Shown: piece by piece, positions 1 to 8,804 of the stretch
How the letters are laid out: the number at the start of each line of letters is the position of its first letter
Position numbering within the stretch: position 1 is the stretch's first letter
Source of the DNA: a virus
DNA length: 64,000 nt
Reading direction: 5' to 3' (one strand)
IMG/VR virus record: IMGVR_UViG_3300008267_000027
Location: 1 to 64,000 of that record
Notes under the pieces: model-generated
Database searches by the model: none
Told to the model about the DNA's origin: nothing
Seen by the model: the letters and a program-made list of their open reading frames with translations, nothing else
Made by a program: the position numbers and the translations under genes

Positions 1-1
1 C

Positions 2-403
2 TTGAATTTTGGATATGCTTACACTAGCTATGTAATTCCATTCTTAGCTAATGTTCAGTTTGTTCTTAATCCTGCTTTTGATAATGTTCACACTAATGAC
101 ATTGAGAATCCAATCATTGATGGTTTCCCATTGAGTTCATATAATTTTATTATCTTTGATATCACTGATAACACTAACGACAACATCTTCTTGTTGAAGT
201 TGGGTTGGGATAACCAACTTAAGTGGTTCTATCAAAATGGTACTATGGACTATATGGGTCGTACACAAGGATTCCAATCATCTGGTAACTTCAATGGTTA
301 CAGAGTGTTTATGACGCAAACTATGCCTGCTATTTGGGTTAAAGATCCAACCAAAGTGTTGAAGATCGTTATGAGAAACCCAATTACTGGTGGATCATTC
401 TAA
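2..403 (+). CDS. Major capsid protein, C-terminal part (truncated by window start)
   Basis: Ends GYRVFM...IWVKDPTKVLKIVMRNPITGGSF, resembling crAss-like MCP C-termini; C-ending codon bias suggests high expression; followed by a terminator. Confidence 0.75.
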   Translation: MNFGYAYTSYVIPFLANVQFVLNPAFDNVHTNDIENPIIDGFPLSSYNFIIFDITDNTNDNIFLLKLGWDNQLKWFYQNGTMDYMGRTQGFQSSGNFNGYRVFMTQTMPAIWVKDPTKVLKIVMRNPITGGSF

Positions 404-417
404 TAATAAGTAACAGT

Positions 418-457
418 ACCTTAGTGCTTCCCGTAAGATCAGCACTAAGGTCTTTCT
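418..457 (+). terminator. Intrinsic terminator after the capsid gene
   Basis: 11-bp stem ACCTTAGTGCT(418-428)/AGCACTAAGGT(441-451) followed by CTTTCTT. Confidence 0.7.
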
Positions 458-492
458 TATAAAAGTTTAATCACTATTAAAAATAAAAAAAG

Positions 493-645
493 ATGGCTGG
501 TAATCCAAAAACAAAAAAGTCAGTTCCTATGAAAGGTGCTGAAAAATCTATGGCTAAAGGTGTTAAAGTAGGAATGAACCCTAAAGCTACTACTAGTTCT
601 ACTGCTGTAGTAAAAAAAGGCGGTATGAAAGGTAAGAAATATTAA
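493..645 (+). CDS. Small Lys-rich protein, 50 aa (not in ORF track)
   Basis: MAGNPKTKKSVPMKGAEKSMAKGVKVGMNPKATTSSTAVVKKGGMKGKKY; A-rich leader; shares the KKGG motif with neighbouring basic proteins. Confidence 0.75.
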   Translation: MAGNPKTKKSVPMKGAEKSMAKGVKVGMNPKATTSSTAVVKKGGMKGKKY

Positions 646-655
646 TACTACCCTC

Positions 656-742
656 TCTAAGGATAGCATCCTTAGATCCCCCACCTATTGTATGCATACC
701 ACCTTGATCAGGTGAAGAGTTTGCAACTCTTATTAGGTTCAA
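656..742 (+). ncRNA. Structured intergenic RNA: hairpin plus tRNA-like element lacking a D-arm
   Basis: 9-bp hairpin 656-676; ACCTATT(683-689)/ATTAGGT(732-738) acceptor-like stem, CACC-TTGATCA-GGTG arm, AAGAG-TTTGCAA-CTCTT arm. Confidence 0.4.
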
Positions 743-759
743 TTTAAAAAATTAAAACT

Positions 760-1209
760 ATGATATCCCTCAAAAGATTAATAATGAAACCCAGTTCTCC
801 TGATAAAGCTTTAAAACAAGCTTGGTCAGAGTCAGAAGCTTCTATTGCTAGATTAGCTCATGTTAATAGACTATCTAGAGACATAATGGATATCAAACTT
901 TATGAAGTTGATTTGGATGGTGCTAATTACGCTAACATTAAAATATCTTCTAAAAAAGGTATAGTAGATTTAGTTAATTTTGATGGAGATGCACAAGACA
1001 TGTACATATCTTTACAAAATCCTGAAATTACTCCGGAGAGAGAAAAATTTTATATACAGCTTACAGCATATGTAACAGGTACAGCTATTCCTGTGATCTT
1101 TGGAGTAGGAGCTGCACCAGATACTTTTAATATAAGAATCCATGATGTAGCAGATACTGACAACTGGGGTGAATTATATTTTTACTATGAGATTGTGAAA
1201 ATAGACTAA
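760..1209 (+). CDS. Hypothetical protein, possibly capsid-associated
   Basis: 149-aa ORF with A-rich leader, beta-rich C-terminal half, next to the capsid gene. Confidence 0.7.
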   Translation: MISLKRLIMKPSSPDKALKQAWSESEASIARLAHVNRLSRDIMDIKLYEVDLDGANYANIKISSKKGIVDLVNFDGDAQDMYISLQNPEITPEREKFYIQLTAYVTGTAIPVIFGVGAAPDTFNIRIHDVADTDNWGELYFYYEIVKID

Positions 1210-1261
1210 GATTATCGGACTATTTCCGATATGTTATATATAAACCAACAAAAAAACCAAT

Positions 1262-2278
1262 ATGAGTAATGTAACTATTGTGGAGAAATACCCACAAAAC
1301 AAAAGATCTAGTATTGCAATAAGACCTTATTTTGAATCTAATAAAGATAATATGGGTCTTGAGAAGTATGGATTATCGCTCTTTGACGGTGCATTTCATG
1401 AAGAACAACTAGCTTGTTTAGAGATGAATGGTATCAAAAGGTATTTGACAGGGTTAAATGAATATTCTCCAGATATTAAGAATCTGGATCCTGAAGAAGC
1501 ATCTGCTAAAATTAAACAAATTAGAATTGTTATAGCACAGCTTGAGAAGGAACTTGCATCTAATATTATTGATCCAGAAGATAAAGAGTTCTGGAACAAA
1601 GTTAAACTACTCAAACCTGATAATGATGAGTTTTGGGGTAGAATTAAAATAGCATGTAGTAATGAACCTGTATTCTTAGAACCTGATAAAGATCCATATG
1701 ATCTTATTAAGTTATATGCAATAGAAGCTGGCGGTTTCTCAATAGTAGCTAGATCATTTGATGAAGCTAGACAAATGGCAGTTCCTCCTAAGTTTTACTT
1801 AGATAAACTAGAAGACACCATTTCTACTAAAACAGAAGTTAAGAAACTTAGAAATAAAGCTCTTGCTGAACTTCAAAAATTGTTTGATAAAAATACAAAT
1901 AAATTATTTTATGTCGCTAAAATAGTCGATATTAATAGTGTACAGTATAAGAAATCCACTCCTAATGATATCATCTATGATAATATGGATAAGTATATTA
2001 ATGGTGAATCAGTGGACAAGAATAAGAAGAAAACAGCAGAAAAGTTCTTAGAGATTACCAACCTTGATATGGAGACTCTAAAAATTAGAGCTCTTATCAA
2101 AGATGCAACTTTCCACAAGGTGATTGCAGTTAGAGGTGATGGTTTTATATATCATATGGAAAGTGGAACCATGATGGGTAAAACACCTGCTGATGCTACA
2201 GAATTCTTAAAGAACCCTCTTAATGAGCAAGTTCTTTTAGATATTCAAAGTAAGGTGGAGAAGACTTGGAATAAATAA
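1262..2278 (+). CDS. Conserved crAss-like phage protein downstream of the capsid gene (function unknown)
   Basis: 338-aa helical, charged ORF in the position following the MCP gene. Confidence 0.7.
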   Translation: MSNVTIVEKYPQNKRSSIAIRPYFESNKDNMGLEKYGLSLFDGAFHEEQLACLEMNGIKRYLTGLNEYSPDIKNLDPEEASAKIKQIRIVIAQLEKELASNIIDPEDKEFWNKVKLLKPDNDEFWGRIKIACSNEPVFLEPDKDPYDLIKLYAIEAGGFSIVARSFDEARQMAVPPKFYLDKLEDTISTKTEVKKLRNKALAELQKLFDKNTNKLFYVAKIVDINSVQYKKSTPNDIIYDNMDKYINGESVDKNKKKTAEKFLEITNLDMETLKIRALIKDATFHKVIAVRGDGFIYHMESGTMMGKTPADATEFLKNPLNEQVLLDIQSKVEKTWNK

Positions 2279-2288
2279 CTATAGATAA

Positions 2289-2660
2289 ATGAAGAAGCGT
2301 AAGTTTAGTGGATCAGCTCCTATGAGTGCTATGAAAGGTAAAACTGGTAGACCATCAGCTAAACCTTCTGCAACATCTACTGGTCGTCCAGCTCCTTCTC
2401 CCTCAGTAACAGCAACATCAGGTCCTGCAGCAGGTGCTGCTTCAGGTACAGCTGGTGGAACTAGTGGTGGAGGATCATCAATGAAGAAAGGTGGTACAGT
2501 AAAAAAAGGAAAGTGGATACAAAAAGCTACAGCTTCAATTAAACGTAGAGGTACAGAAGGTGTTTGTACAGGACCTAAATTTGGAGGTCCTACATGTAGA
2601 CCTGGTACTAGAAGATATAACTTAGCTAAGACCTTTAGGGCAATGGCTAAAAAGAAATAA
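2289..2660 (+). CDS. Basic low-complexity protein, putative internal head/DNA-binding protein
   Basis: 123 aa, K/R/G/S/A-rich; MKKGG motif; C-terminal KWIQKA...RRYNLAKTF segment. Confidence 0.75.
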   Translation: MKKRKFSGSAPMSAMKGKTGRPSAKPSATSTGRPAPSPSVTATSGPAAGAASGTAGGTSGGGSSMKKGGTVKKGKWIQKATASIKRRGTEGVCTGPKFGGPTCRPGTRRYNLAKTFRAMAKKK

Positions 2661-2678
2661 AATAAACAAATATAAAAA

Positions 2679-2813
2679 ATGAAAAAAGTTCTCTTAGTAT
2701 TAACAGTGGTATTTTTGGTTTCTTGTGGTGGTTCATCTTCTACAAAACCTGTAAGTTCTGATTCTTGTGCAGTAAAATGCGATAGTGTAAAAGTTGACAC
2801 TTTAAAAAAATAA
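2679..2813 (+). CDS. Small lipoprotein, 44 aa (not in ORF track)
   Basis: MKKVLLVLTVVFLVSC|GGSSSTKPVSSDSCAVKCDSVKVDTLKK: basic N-terminus, hydrophobic core, lipobox LVSC. Confidence 0.75.
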   Translation: MKKVLLVLTVVFLVSCGGSSSTKPVSSDSCAVKCDSVKVDTLKK

Positions 2814-2815
2814 GT

Positions 2816-2962
2816 ATGCCTAAAGAGATGATTAAAAGAAAAGATGGGTCATACTCTCAAAGAGGTCTTTGGGATAATATCAGAGCTAATAAAGGGTCTG
2901 GTAAAAAACCCACTGCTCAGATGCTTAAACAAGAAAAAAAGATAAGATCTAAAAGTAAATAA
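2816..2962 (+). CDS. Small basic protein, 48 aa (not in ORF track)
   Basis: MPKEMIKRKDGSYSQRGLWDNIRANKGSGKKPTAQMLKQEKKIRSKSK; fills the gap between neighbours with 1-2 nt spacing. Confidence 0.7.
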   Translation: MPKEMIKRKDGSYSQRGLWDNIRANKGSGKKPTAQMLKQEKKIRSKSK

Positions 2963-2963
2963 T

Positions 2964-3554
2964 ATGGCAAAGTCTAAGAAACAACAAGCTGCTATTGCAA
3001 TGTCTATGAAAGCTGCTGGTAAGAAACCTAAAATGAAAGCTGGTGGTAGTTTAAAAGAAGTACCTTCTGGTAACAAAGGTCTTTCTAAACTTCCCACTGC
3101 AGTTAGAAACAAGATGGGTTATGCAAAAAATGGTGGTACTACTAAGATGAAAAAAGGTGGTATTGTAAAGAAGTCACTTAAGAAGTATGAATCAGGAAAT
3201 ACAGTGTCTGGCCCTGGTCCTGGTGATACATTGTCTAAACCAAGAATTCCTGCTGAGATGCTAGAAAAAATTAAAGGATATACAGATCCTAAAAATAGAA
3301 GATACGATAAAGGATTTGGAACAGGTATTACAGATAAAAGTAATGACAGAGGTTTTGATAGAGTACCAGTAGATAAGAGTAATGACAAAGGTTTTCGTAA
3401 ATATCCTGGTAGAACTATGGAATTTCGTTATGGTAGAGATAATGCAAATCCTGAAACAATGGAGTTTAATCCACGTAAACATAGCTCAAAATATGAATAC
3501 TTAAGTAATAAAAAAAGTGGTGGTATAGTTGGAAAGTCTAAAAAAAGAAAATAA
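2964..3554 (+). CDS. Basic Lys-rich protein with several xxGG motifs
   Basis: 196 aa; KQQAAIAMSMK N-terminus; MKAGG, AKNGG, MKKGG, KKSGG; short internal DKSNDxGF repeat. Confidence 0.75.
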   Translation: MAKSKKQQAAIAMSMKAAGKKPKMKAGGSLKEVPSGNKGLSKLPTAVRNKMGYAKNGGTTKMKKGGIVKKSLKKYESGNTVSGPGPGDTLSKPRIPAEMLEKIKGYTDPKNRRYDKGFGTGITDKSNDRGFDRVPVDKSNDKGFRKYPGRTMEFRYGRDNANPETMEFNPRKHSSKYEYLSNKKSGGIVGKSKKRK

Positions 3555-3808
3555 TGGCAAAGTCTCCAGCATGGCAAAGAAAAGAAGGTAAAGCACCTAG
3601 TGGAGGTTTAAATGCTAAAGGTAGAGCTTCTTACAACAGAGCTAATCCTGGTAAACCTGGACTTAAAGCTCCTCAACCTGAAGGTGGCCCTAGAAAGAAA
3701 TCATTCTGTGCTAGGATGTCAGGTATGAAAAAGAAACTTACTAGCAGTAAGACAGCTAATGATCCTAATAGTAGGATTAACAAGTCACTTAGAAAATGGA
3801 AATGTTAA
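3554..3808 (+). CDS. Small basic phage protein (DUF6321-like)
   Basis: MAKSPAWQRKEGK.SGGLNAKGRASY...RKKSFCARM...SRINKSLRKWKC, a widespread phage protein pattern; TAATG-coupled to the upstream gene. Confidence 0.75.
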   Translation: MAKSPAWQRKEGKAPSGGLNAKGRASYNRANPGKPGLKAPQPEGGPRKKSFCARMSGMKKKLTSSKTANDPNSRINKSLRKWKC

Positions 3809-4507
3809 ATGAAAAACTCTCTATTAAGAATAAAGTTTCAACAAAGGCTAAACAAACTAGCAACATTTGATTATGATAATATTGAATGTTGGCAGATAGC
3901 TGAAGCTTTTAATAAAGCACAGAGAGAGTGGTACAGAAGACAAGTTCATGGTCTTAATCAAAAGAAAGAGGGGTCTGAACAATCTATTGCATCTATAGAT
4001 GACTTACAAAAATTTATTACAGTAGATGAGTTAACTGGGGAAAATAAGAAGTATTATTTTGACAGTTCTGAAATTCCAAATGATTATTCTTATTTTATTA
4101 AGGTGAGTGCTGTAGCTAAAAAAGATAAATGTACAGGTAGACAAATGACAGTCTATCTAGCAGAAGAGGCTAACTCAGATATCCTTATTGGAGACCCTTT
4201 TAAAGGACCTAGTTTTGAATGGGCTGAGACTTATGCTACAATGGATGGTAATAAATTTAAAATATACACTGATAATAAGTTTTCAGTAGAAAGCGCTACA
4301 CTATCTTATTATAGAAAACCATTAGATGTAACATTTGATGGTTGTATTAACCCAGCTACTGGTGTCATCAATGCAGAACAAGAGTGTGAGTTTAAAGATG
4401 ATATTACAGAATTGATAATAGATGAGGCAGTAGCAATTATAGCAGGAGATATTGAATCATTTAATCAATATCAAAGAGCTTTACAAAACGCACAAAAATC
4501 TAATTAA
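3809..4507 (+). CDS. Putative tail ring / head-tail connector protein
   Basis: 232 aa; FNKAQ..W N-terminal helix, YYRKP and ELIIDEAV C-terminal pattern typical of crAss ring proteins; position. Confidence 0.6.
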   Translation: MKNSLLRIKFQQRLNKLATFDYDNIECWQIAEAFNKAQREWYRRQVHGLNQKKEGSEQSIASIDDLQKFITVDELTGENKKYYFDSSEIPNDYSYFIKVSAVAKKDKCTGRQMTVYLAEEANSDILIGDPFKGPSFEWAETYATMDGNKFKIYTDNKFSVESATLSYYRKPLDVTFDGCINPATGVINAEQECEFKDDITELIIDEAVAIIAGDIESFNQYQRALQNAQKSN

Positions 4508-4509
4508 TA

Positions 4510-4983
4510 ATGATACAAAAACTATCTAGACCTAGTGTTTTTTCAAGTCCTTCTGTAAGCATGTCTCCTGGACATGTAGGATCAGAAAGTTCAGCTATGG
4601 GTCCTGTTTGCTCACAGTGCGCAGCTCTAGGAAATGAACTTATGAATGCAGCAACAAGTTTTCACAAGTTGCATTTAAAAGTAACAGGTATTGGATCTTA
4701 TGCTTCTCACAAGGCTCTTAATGAGCTTTATGATGCTCTTCCAGGTCATGCTGATGATCTTATTGAAGGTTATCAAGGTGCTGCTGAGAAGATACTAGAA
4801 CTTCCTAATACAATGCCTAGAACTTTAAATTCAGTAGAAGATGCTCTTAGTTATTTGAGAGAACTTTGTACACAAGTAGATTCATTACAAGCTGTAATGC
4901 CTTACAGTCAAATAGTTAATGATCTTGATAATGTTAAAAGTACTATAGATGGAGTGAAGTATAAACTTCTCTTCTTAAAATAA
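4510..4983 (+). CDS. Ferritin/Dps-like protein (DUF5856-like)
   Basis: FHKLHLKVTG..SYASHKALNELYD...DDLIEGYQG resembles the Dps four-helix ferroxidase signature. Confidence 0.75.
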   Translation: MIQKLSRPSVFSSPSVSMSPGHVGSESSAMGPVCSQCAALGNELMNAATSFHKLHLKVTGIGSYASHKALNELYDALPGHADDLIEGYQGAAEKILELPNTMPRTLNSVEDALSYLRELCTQVDSLQAVMPYSQIVNDLDNVKSTIDGVKYKLLFLK

Positions 4984-5012
4984 TTTTTTTATAACCCTTA
5001 AACCCAATTATT

Positions 5013-6281
5013 ATGTATTTCAATCACGCCTTCCAAAAAGCTTTCCTTGCAAAAACTCCAGGAAATGCTTTCTCATTGCGCACTAGTGGTGACACAGCTG
5101 ATTTAACAGCAGGTCAAATTGGTCTTTTTGATGCAAAGACATTTACCGCTCTTAACCCAGCTTCTCTCCCAACCACTAACACCCCTTTTATCCTTGCTCA
5201 AGGAAGCTTCTTCACCAATGACAAAATTGGTCCTTACCATGGTGGTTACACTGAGTCTATTAAGTCTAAAGTGATTAACCCTAAGTACATTAACAAAGTG
5301 TTCACTGTAGCAGCTCATAGTCCTGCACAACACATTGTAACTGTAGGTTGGGATCTAAGTGAAGGTCCTGGTTTCCAATTTGAGTGTGGAAAAACCTATC
5401 GTATGCGTGTAGACCTTAAAGGTTCTCCAGCATTGCGTTTCTTGTCACACAACATTTACAACACAGTTGATGCATTCTCTGGATGCTGCACTGATGATTG
5501 TTCTGCTACTTGCACAGGTGCATTGGTAGATTCAACTTGTGTGCTTTTAGAATGGAAAGATAGAATTACCAAAAATCCTATCTTGAGTCAATTTATTCAA
5601 CCTCAAGTCTACATCAATGATGATGGAGATCCAGTAGAAGTATTCTCTGCATGGGATGAAGAAAGAGGTGCTGAAGACTTTACTTCAGTGTACGAATGTG
5701 TTACAGGTGAAGGTGCTGGTGACGTTGTTGCTGGTATTAAACTAACTGTAGCTTATGAAGACACTAAGTTTGGTAATTGTACTTTCCGTGTAACAGATCA
5801 CTACGAGTTACAACCATTGAGAATCTTGGTATCTATCACCGATGAGACTGGTGAACCATGTGCTATCAAACCTGTAGGTAATAGTTCAGGTTATGTTGCA
5901 ACTGGTCAGTCTAACTTGGTTACTGAATTCCAAGAACCAGCTCAAGCAGTTGGTGTAGGTGAGACTGTTATTCGTGATCTTATCTTGTCTGGTCGCTATC
6001 GTCAAGAAGCTTTCCCTGATGGAAACTTCACTGATAGCTTGAGGATGAGAGAGATTGAGGTTCCTTCTGAGTTGAGAAATCTTGATAGAACTGCTCTTTA
6101 TAAGTCTATCAACATCCTTCACAGTGTTCCTCGTTTGAATAATCCTACTGGAACATTTGATAATGATCAATATTTGTTAACCATCTGGTGTTTGAGCGGA
6201 GCTACTACAACTACTCTTACAACCGCTCTTCAAGACATTCTTGATCTTGCTGGAAATGGTTTGACAATTGAGAATTATTAA
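5013..6281 (+). CDS. Putative auxiliary capsid / major structural protein
   Basis: 422 aa; strong high-expression codon bias like the capsid gene; own terminator; position matches the crAss auxiliary capsid gene. Confidence 0.6.
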   Translation: MYFNHAFQKAFLAKTPGNAFSLRTSGDTADLTAGQIGLFDAKTFTALNPASLPTTNTPFILAQGSFFTNDKIGPYHGGYTESIKSKVINPKYINKVFTVAAHSPAQHIVTVGWDLSEGPGFQFECGKTYRMRVDLKGSPALRFLSHNIYNTVDAFSGCCTDDCSATCTGALVDSTCVLLEWKDRITKNPILSQFIQPQVYINDDGDPVEVFSAWDEERGAEDFTSVYECVTGEGAGDVVAGIKLTVAYEDTKFGNCTFRVTDHYELQPLRILVSITDETGEPCAIKPVGNSSGYVATGQSNLVTEFQEPAQAVGVGETVIRDLILSGRYRQEAFPDGNFTDSLRMREIEVPSELRNLDRTALYKSINILHSVPRLNNPTGTFDNDQYLLTIWCLSGATTTTLTTALQDILDLAGNGLTIENY

Positions 6282-6305
6282 TAATATTTCCTATGAGACT
6301 ATGAG

Positions 6306-6337
6306 AGAGGGGGACAAATTGTCCCCTTCTTTTTTTA
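6306..6337 (+). terminator. Intrinsic terminator
   Basis: GGGGAC/GTCCCC stem with extensions, followed by a T-tract. Confidence 0.85.
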
Positions 6338-6369
6338 TTTGGAAATTTTTGAAAAATATTGTATATTAA
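6338..6369 (+). promoter_or_regulatory. Putative promoter TTGG-N19-TATATTA
   Basis: Same spacing recurs at 7329, 21652 and 32124; resembles the Bacteroidota TTTG...TAnnTTTG promoter. Confidence 0.55.
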
Positions 6370-6404
6370 TATTGAGACACTGAACTCTCATAAATCCTAA
6401 TAAA

Positions 6405-6962
6405 ATGTCTATATACGGTCATCAACTCTTCTTAGAGATTCCTCATACTAATAACCCTCTTATTTTTAGAGTGGTGGACACATCTATATACACTGATTTA
6501 ATACCAGTGACCTGCCCTCTTGTTCAAATTACATCTCCAGGATTTAATACAAGTCAAGATATTCAACTAGAAGATGATACTAAAAATTTTAGTTTATCAT
6601 TAAACACTTGTGGATTAGGACTACAAGTTGCAGACTGTGGGTCGTCATCCCAAATTATTCCTGATGGGGTATATTACATTAGATTTTCAGTGAGTCCTAA
6701 TGATAAGGTGTATGTTGAATATGCTCATTTAAGAGTTACACAATTTATAAATAAATACAATCAAAAACTTTGTACTCTTGAGATGGCAGCATGCGATCCT
6801 CCAGCTGATGTTAAAGAACAACTTAAAGAATTAAGACTTATTAAATCTTTTGTAGATGCTGCTAAAGTAAAGGTGGAAGAGTGTCATCAAATTGATGAGG
6901 GTATGGAGCTTTTTCAGTATGCTCAAAAACGTCTATCTAAATTAGATGGTAACTACTGTTAA
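6405..6962 (+). CDS. Putative tail hub / fibre-attachment protein
   Basis: 185 aa; VVDTSIY, PDGVYYIRFSV, helical C-terminus; position after the auxiliary capsid gene. Confidence 0.5.
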   Translation: MSIYGHQLFLEIPHTNNPLIFRVVDTSIYTDLIPVTCPLVQITSPGFNTSQDIQLEDDTKNFSLSLNTCGLGLQVADCGSSSQIIPDGVYYIRFSVSPNDKVYVEYAHLRVTQFINKYNQKLCTLEMAACDPPADVKEQLKELRLIKSFVDAAKVKVEECHQIDEGMELFQYAQKRLSKLDGNYC

Positions 6963-6982
6963 AATAACCAAAAACCAAACAT

Positions 6983-7120
6983 ATGAATTGCTCTAATTGT
7001 AACACAAAACTTAGCTGTGGATGTCAAAAGAAAACTGCATCAGATGGTAAAGCGGTATGCTCATCATGTATAACAGCTTATGAAAACAAACTAAAATCTC
7101 AAAACACAGTAAGACGATGA
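6983..7120 (+). CDS. Small Cys-rich, probably Zn-binding protein, 45 aa (not in ORF track)
   Basis: MNCSNCNTKLSCGCQKKTASDGKAVCSSCITAYENKLKSQNTVRR; CxxC/CxC/CxxC; ATGA overlap with the next gene. Confidence 0.75.
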   Translation: MNCSNCNTKLSCGCQKKTASDGKAVCSSCITAYENKLKSQNTVRR

Positions 7121-7320
7121 AGGATTACTTAGCAAAAAAGGATATTTATAATGTTAAATATGCTGATGCAATTATGACCATATATCGTAATTTGAAATAT
7201 GGTGTAGCATCTTGCTATGACCAAGAAAACATAGATCTTATAATGATGAGAAAAGAGTTAGCAGAATGGCAAGAAGGTGGTCTATACGGGGATGCTGAAG
7301 AGAGTTGCTCTACATGTTAA
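7117..7320 (+). CDS. Hypothetical protein
   Basis: 67 aa; translationally coupled (ATGA); ends ESCSTC. Confidence 0.7.
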   Translation: MKDYLAKKDIYNVKYADAIMTIYRNLKYGVASCYDQENIDLIMMRKELAEWQEGGLYGDAEESCSTC

Positions 7321-7327
7321 ATGTAAT

Positions 7328-7359
7328 TTTGGTAAACAGCTAAAATTTCATTATATTAT
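7328..7359 (+). promoter_or_regulatory. Putative promoter TTGG-N19-TATATTA ahead of the Cys/Thr-rich block
   Basis: TTGG 7329-7332; TATATTA from 7352. Confidence 0.55.
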
Positions 7360-7408
7360 ATTATAAGTGTGTGTTAGTCATACTAACATTATATAAACTT
7401 TTTTAATC

Positions 7409-8785
7409 ATGACTCCTATTAAATCTAACTTAAATAAGGATAATTGTTCTCCAATATCCTCTAATTGTGTCCTATGGCAAGGACCTGATATTTCATGTAT
7501 TGGTCTGTGTTCAGGTGATACAGTTTCTGAGGTGACGTATAAACTAGCTGTAGAAATATGTGCTATAAAAGAAGAACTAGGGCTGTCAGATTTAGATATC
7601 AAATGTTTAGTTGATAACTGTCTAACATGTCCAGATCCTGAAAAAACTTTAGGAGTGGTATTGCAGCTTTTAATTAATAAAGTTTGTAATATTCAAGAGA
7701 TTGTTGACCAGTTTGGAGCAGGGTCTGCTGATGAAGTGGAAGTTAGACTTGCTCAATGTTTTTTAGTTGACTTTACAGACAGCAATGGAGATATTACAAA
7801 CCCAGTTCCTGTATCGAGTTATGTTCAAAAAATAGCACAAAAAATCTGTTCAATTCTTACAAAACTAGATGACTTAGATGGTTCTATTGTAAGTTTAGGT
7901 GATGATATTACAAATCTAGAAACAAGAGTTGATACTCTTGAGAATGCTGGTGAATTAACTATTGTTCCTACATGTACGGGTACAGCAGTAGCTACAGCAA
8001 TTGATGTAGCTGTATTTAACTTAGAACAAAAGTTTTGCAATCTTCAAACTGTTACAGGTCTCCCTGAAGAACTTATTTTAGTATTAGATAAAGAATGCAA
8101 GTTTTCAACACCTCCAGGATATGTTGCTAGTTTAGCTACTCCAGGAACAAGCTTGTGGAATCCTAATGATTTATCTTCTACAATTGCTGATACACTTAAT
8201 AAAATGTGGTTAGCAATTTGTGACTTAAGAGGTGCTGTTAAATTTATACAAGATTCATGCTGTCAAATTAGTTGTGATGATCTAATTGTTGACTTTGATG
8301 TTAAACGTACAGTGGATGATCAAGGTAATCTTATTCTTAAATTGTTTTTCTTTCCTAAGACTAACATTCCAGGTACATGGTATGATTGTGATCAAACACC
8401 TAATGCAATTCAACCTTATGGATTCCAAGGAACTAAGTTTACAGTAACTGATACTTTTGGTAATCAATTTGTTCAATATGTACAGCTTAGAGATCAAACG
8501 CTTCAAACTGGTGTATTAAACGATCCTGCATACTATAATGATGGATATATATTTGAGATTAGCAATAGTGCATTAGATCAGTCTACAGACTTTAGTATTG
8601 ATTCTAATGTATGTATCACTGACGGAACTAATAAGTGTGTCAAGTGTTTAGTTAAAAATGTACCTTATGTTCCAGTTGCTTCAGGATGTTGTACAATTAC
8701 TGCTCTTGAAGATGAAGTGACAATTGTCTACAGATATTGTCCTGTACAGATTACAACAACTACAACCACTGTTTCAATAGGATAA
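7409..8785 (+). CDS. Cys-rich fibre/adaptor protein with coiled coil and C-terminal Thr tract
   Basis: 458 aa; N-terminal CVLWQGPDISCIGLCSGDTVSEV module; LDDLDGSIVSLGDDITNLETRVDTLE heptads; ends ITTTTTTVSIG. Confidence 0.7.
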   Translation: MTPIKSNLNKDNCSPISSNCVLWQGPDISCIGLCSGDTVSEVTYKLAVEICAIKEELGLSDLDIKCLVDNCLTCPDPEKTLGVVLQLLINKVCNIQEIVDQFGAGSADEVEVRLAQCFLVDFTDSNGDITNPVPVSSYVQKIAQKICSILTKLDDLDGSIVSLGDDITNLETRVDTLENAGELTIVPTCTGTAVATAIDVAVFNLEQKFCNLQTVTGLPEELILVLDKECKFSTPPGYVASLATPGTSLWNPNDLSSTIADTLNKMWLAICDLRGAVKFIQDSCCQISCDDLIVDFDVKRTVDDQGNLILKLFFFPKTNIPGTWYDCDQTPNAIQPYGFQGTKFTVTDTFGNQFVQYVQLRDQTLQTGVLNDPAYYNDGYIFEISNSALDQSTDFSIDSNVCITDGTNKCVKCLVKNVPYVPVASGCCTITALEDEVTIVYRYCPVQITTTTTTVSIG

Positions 8786-8804
8786 TAATAAAAAAATAAA
8801 TAAT

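Noticed and set aside
683-742. Canonical tRNA-Ile(GAT)
   Set aside because: No D-arm, no variable loop, non-canonical T-loop, pyrimidine at position 37 and no CCA; kept only as a tRNA-like candidate
1213-1231. Inverted repeat TATCGGA-N5-TCCGATA
   Set aside because: Single occurrence noticed, no U-tract; function cannot be supported
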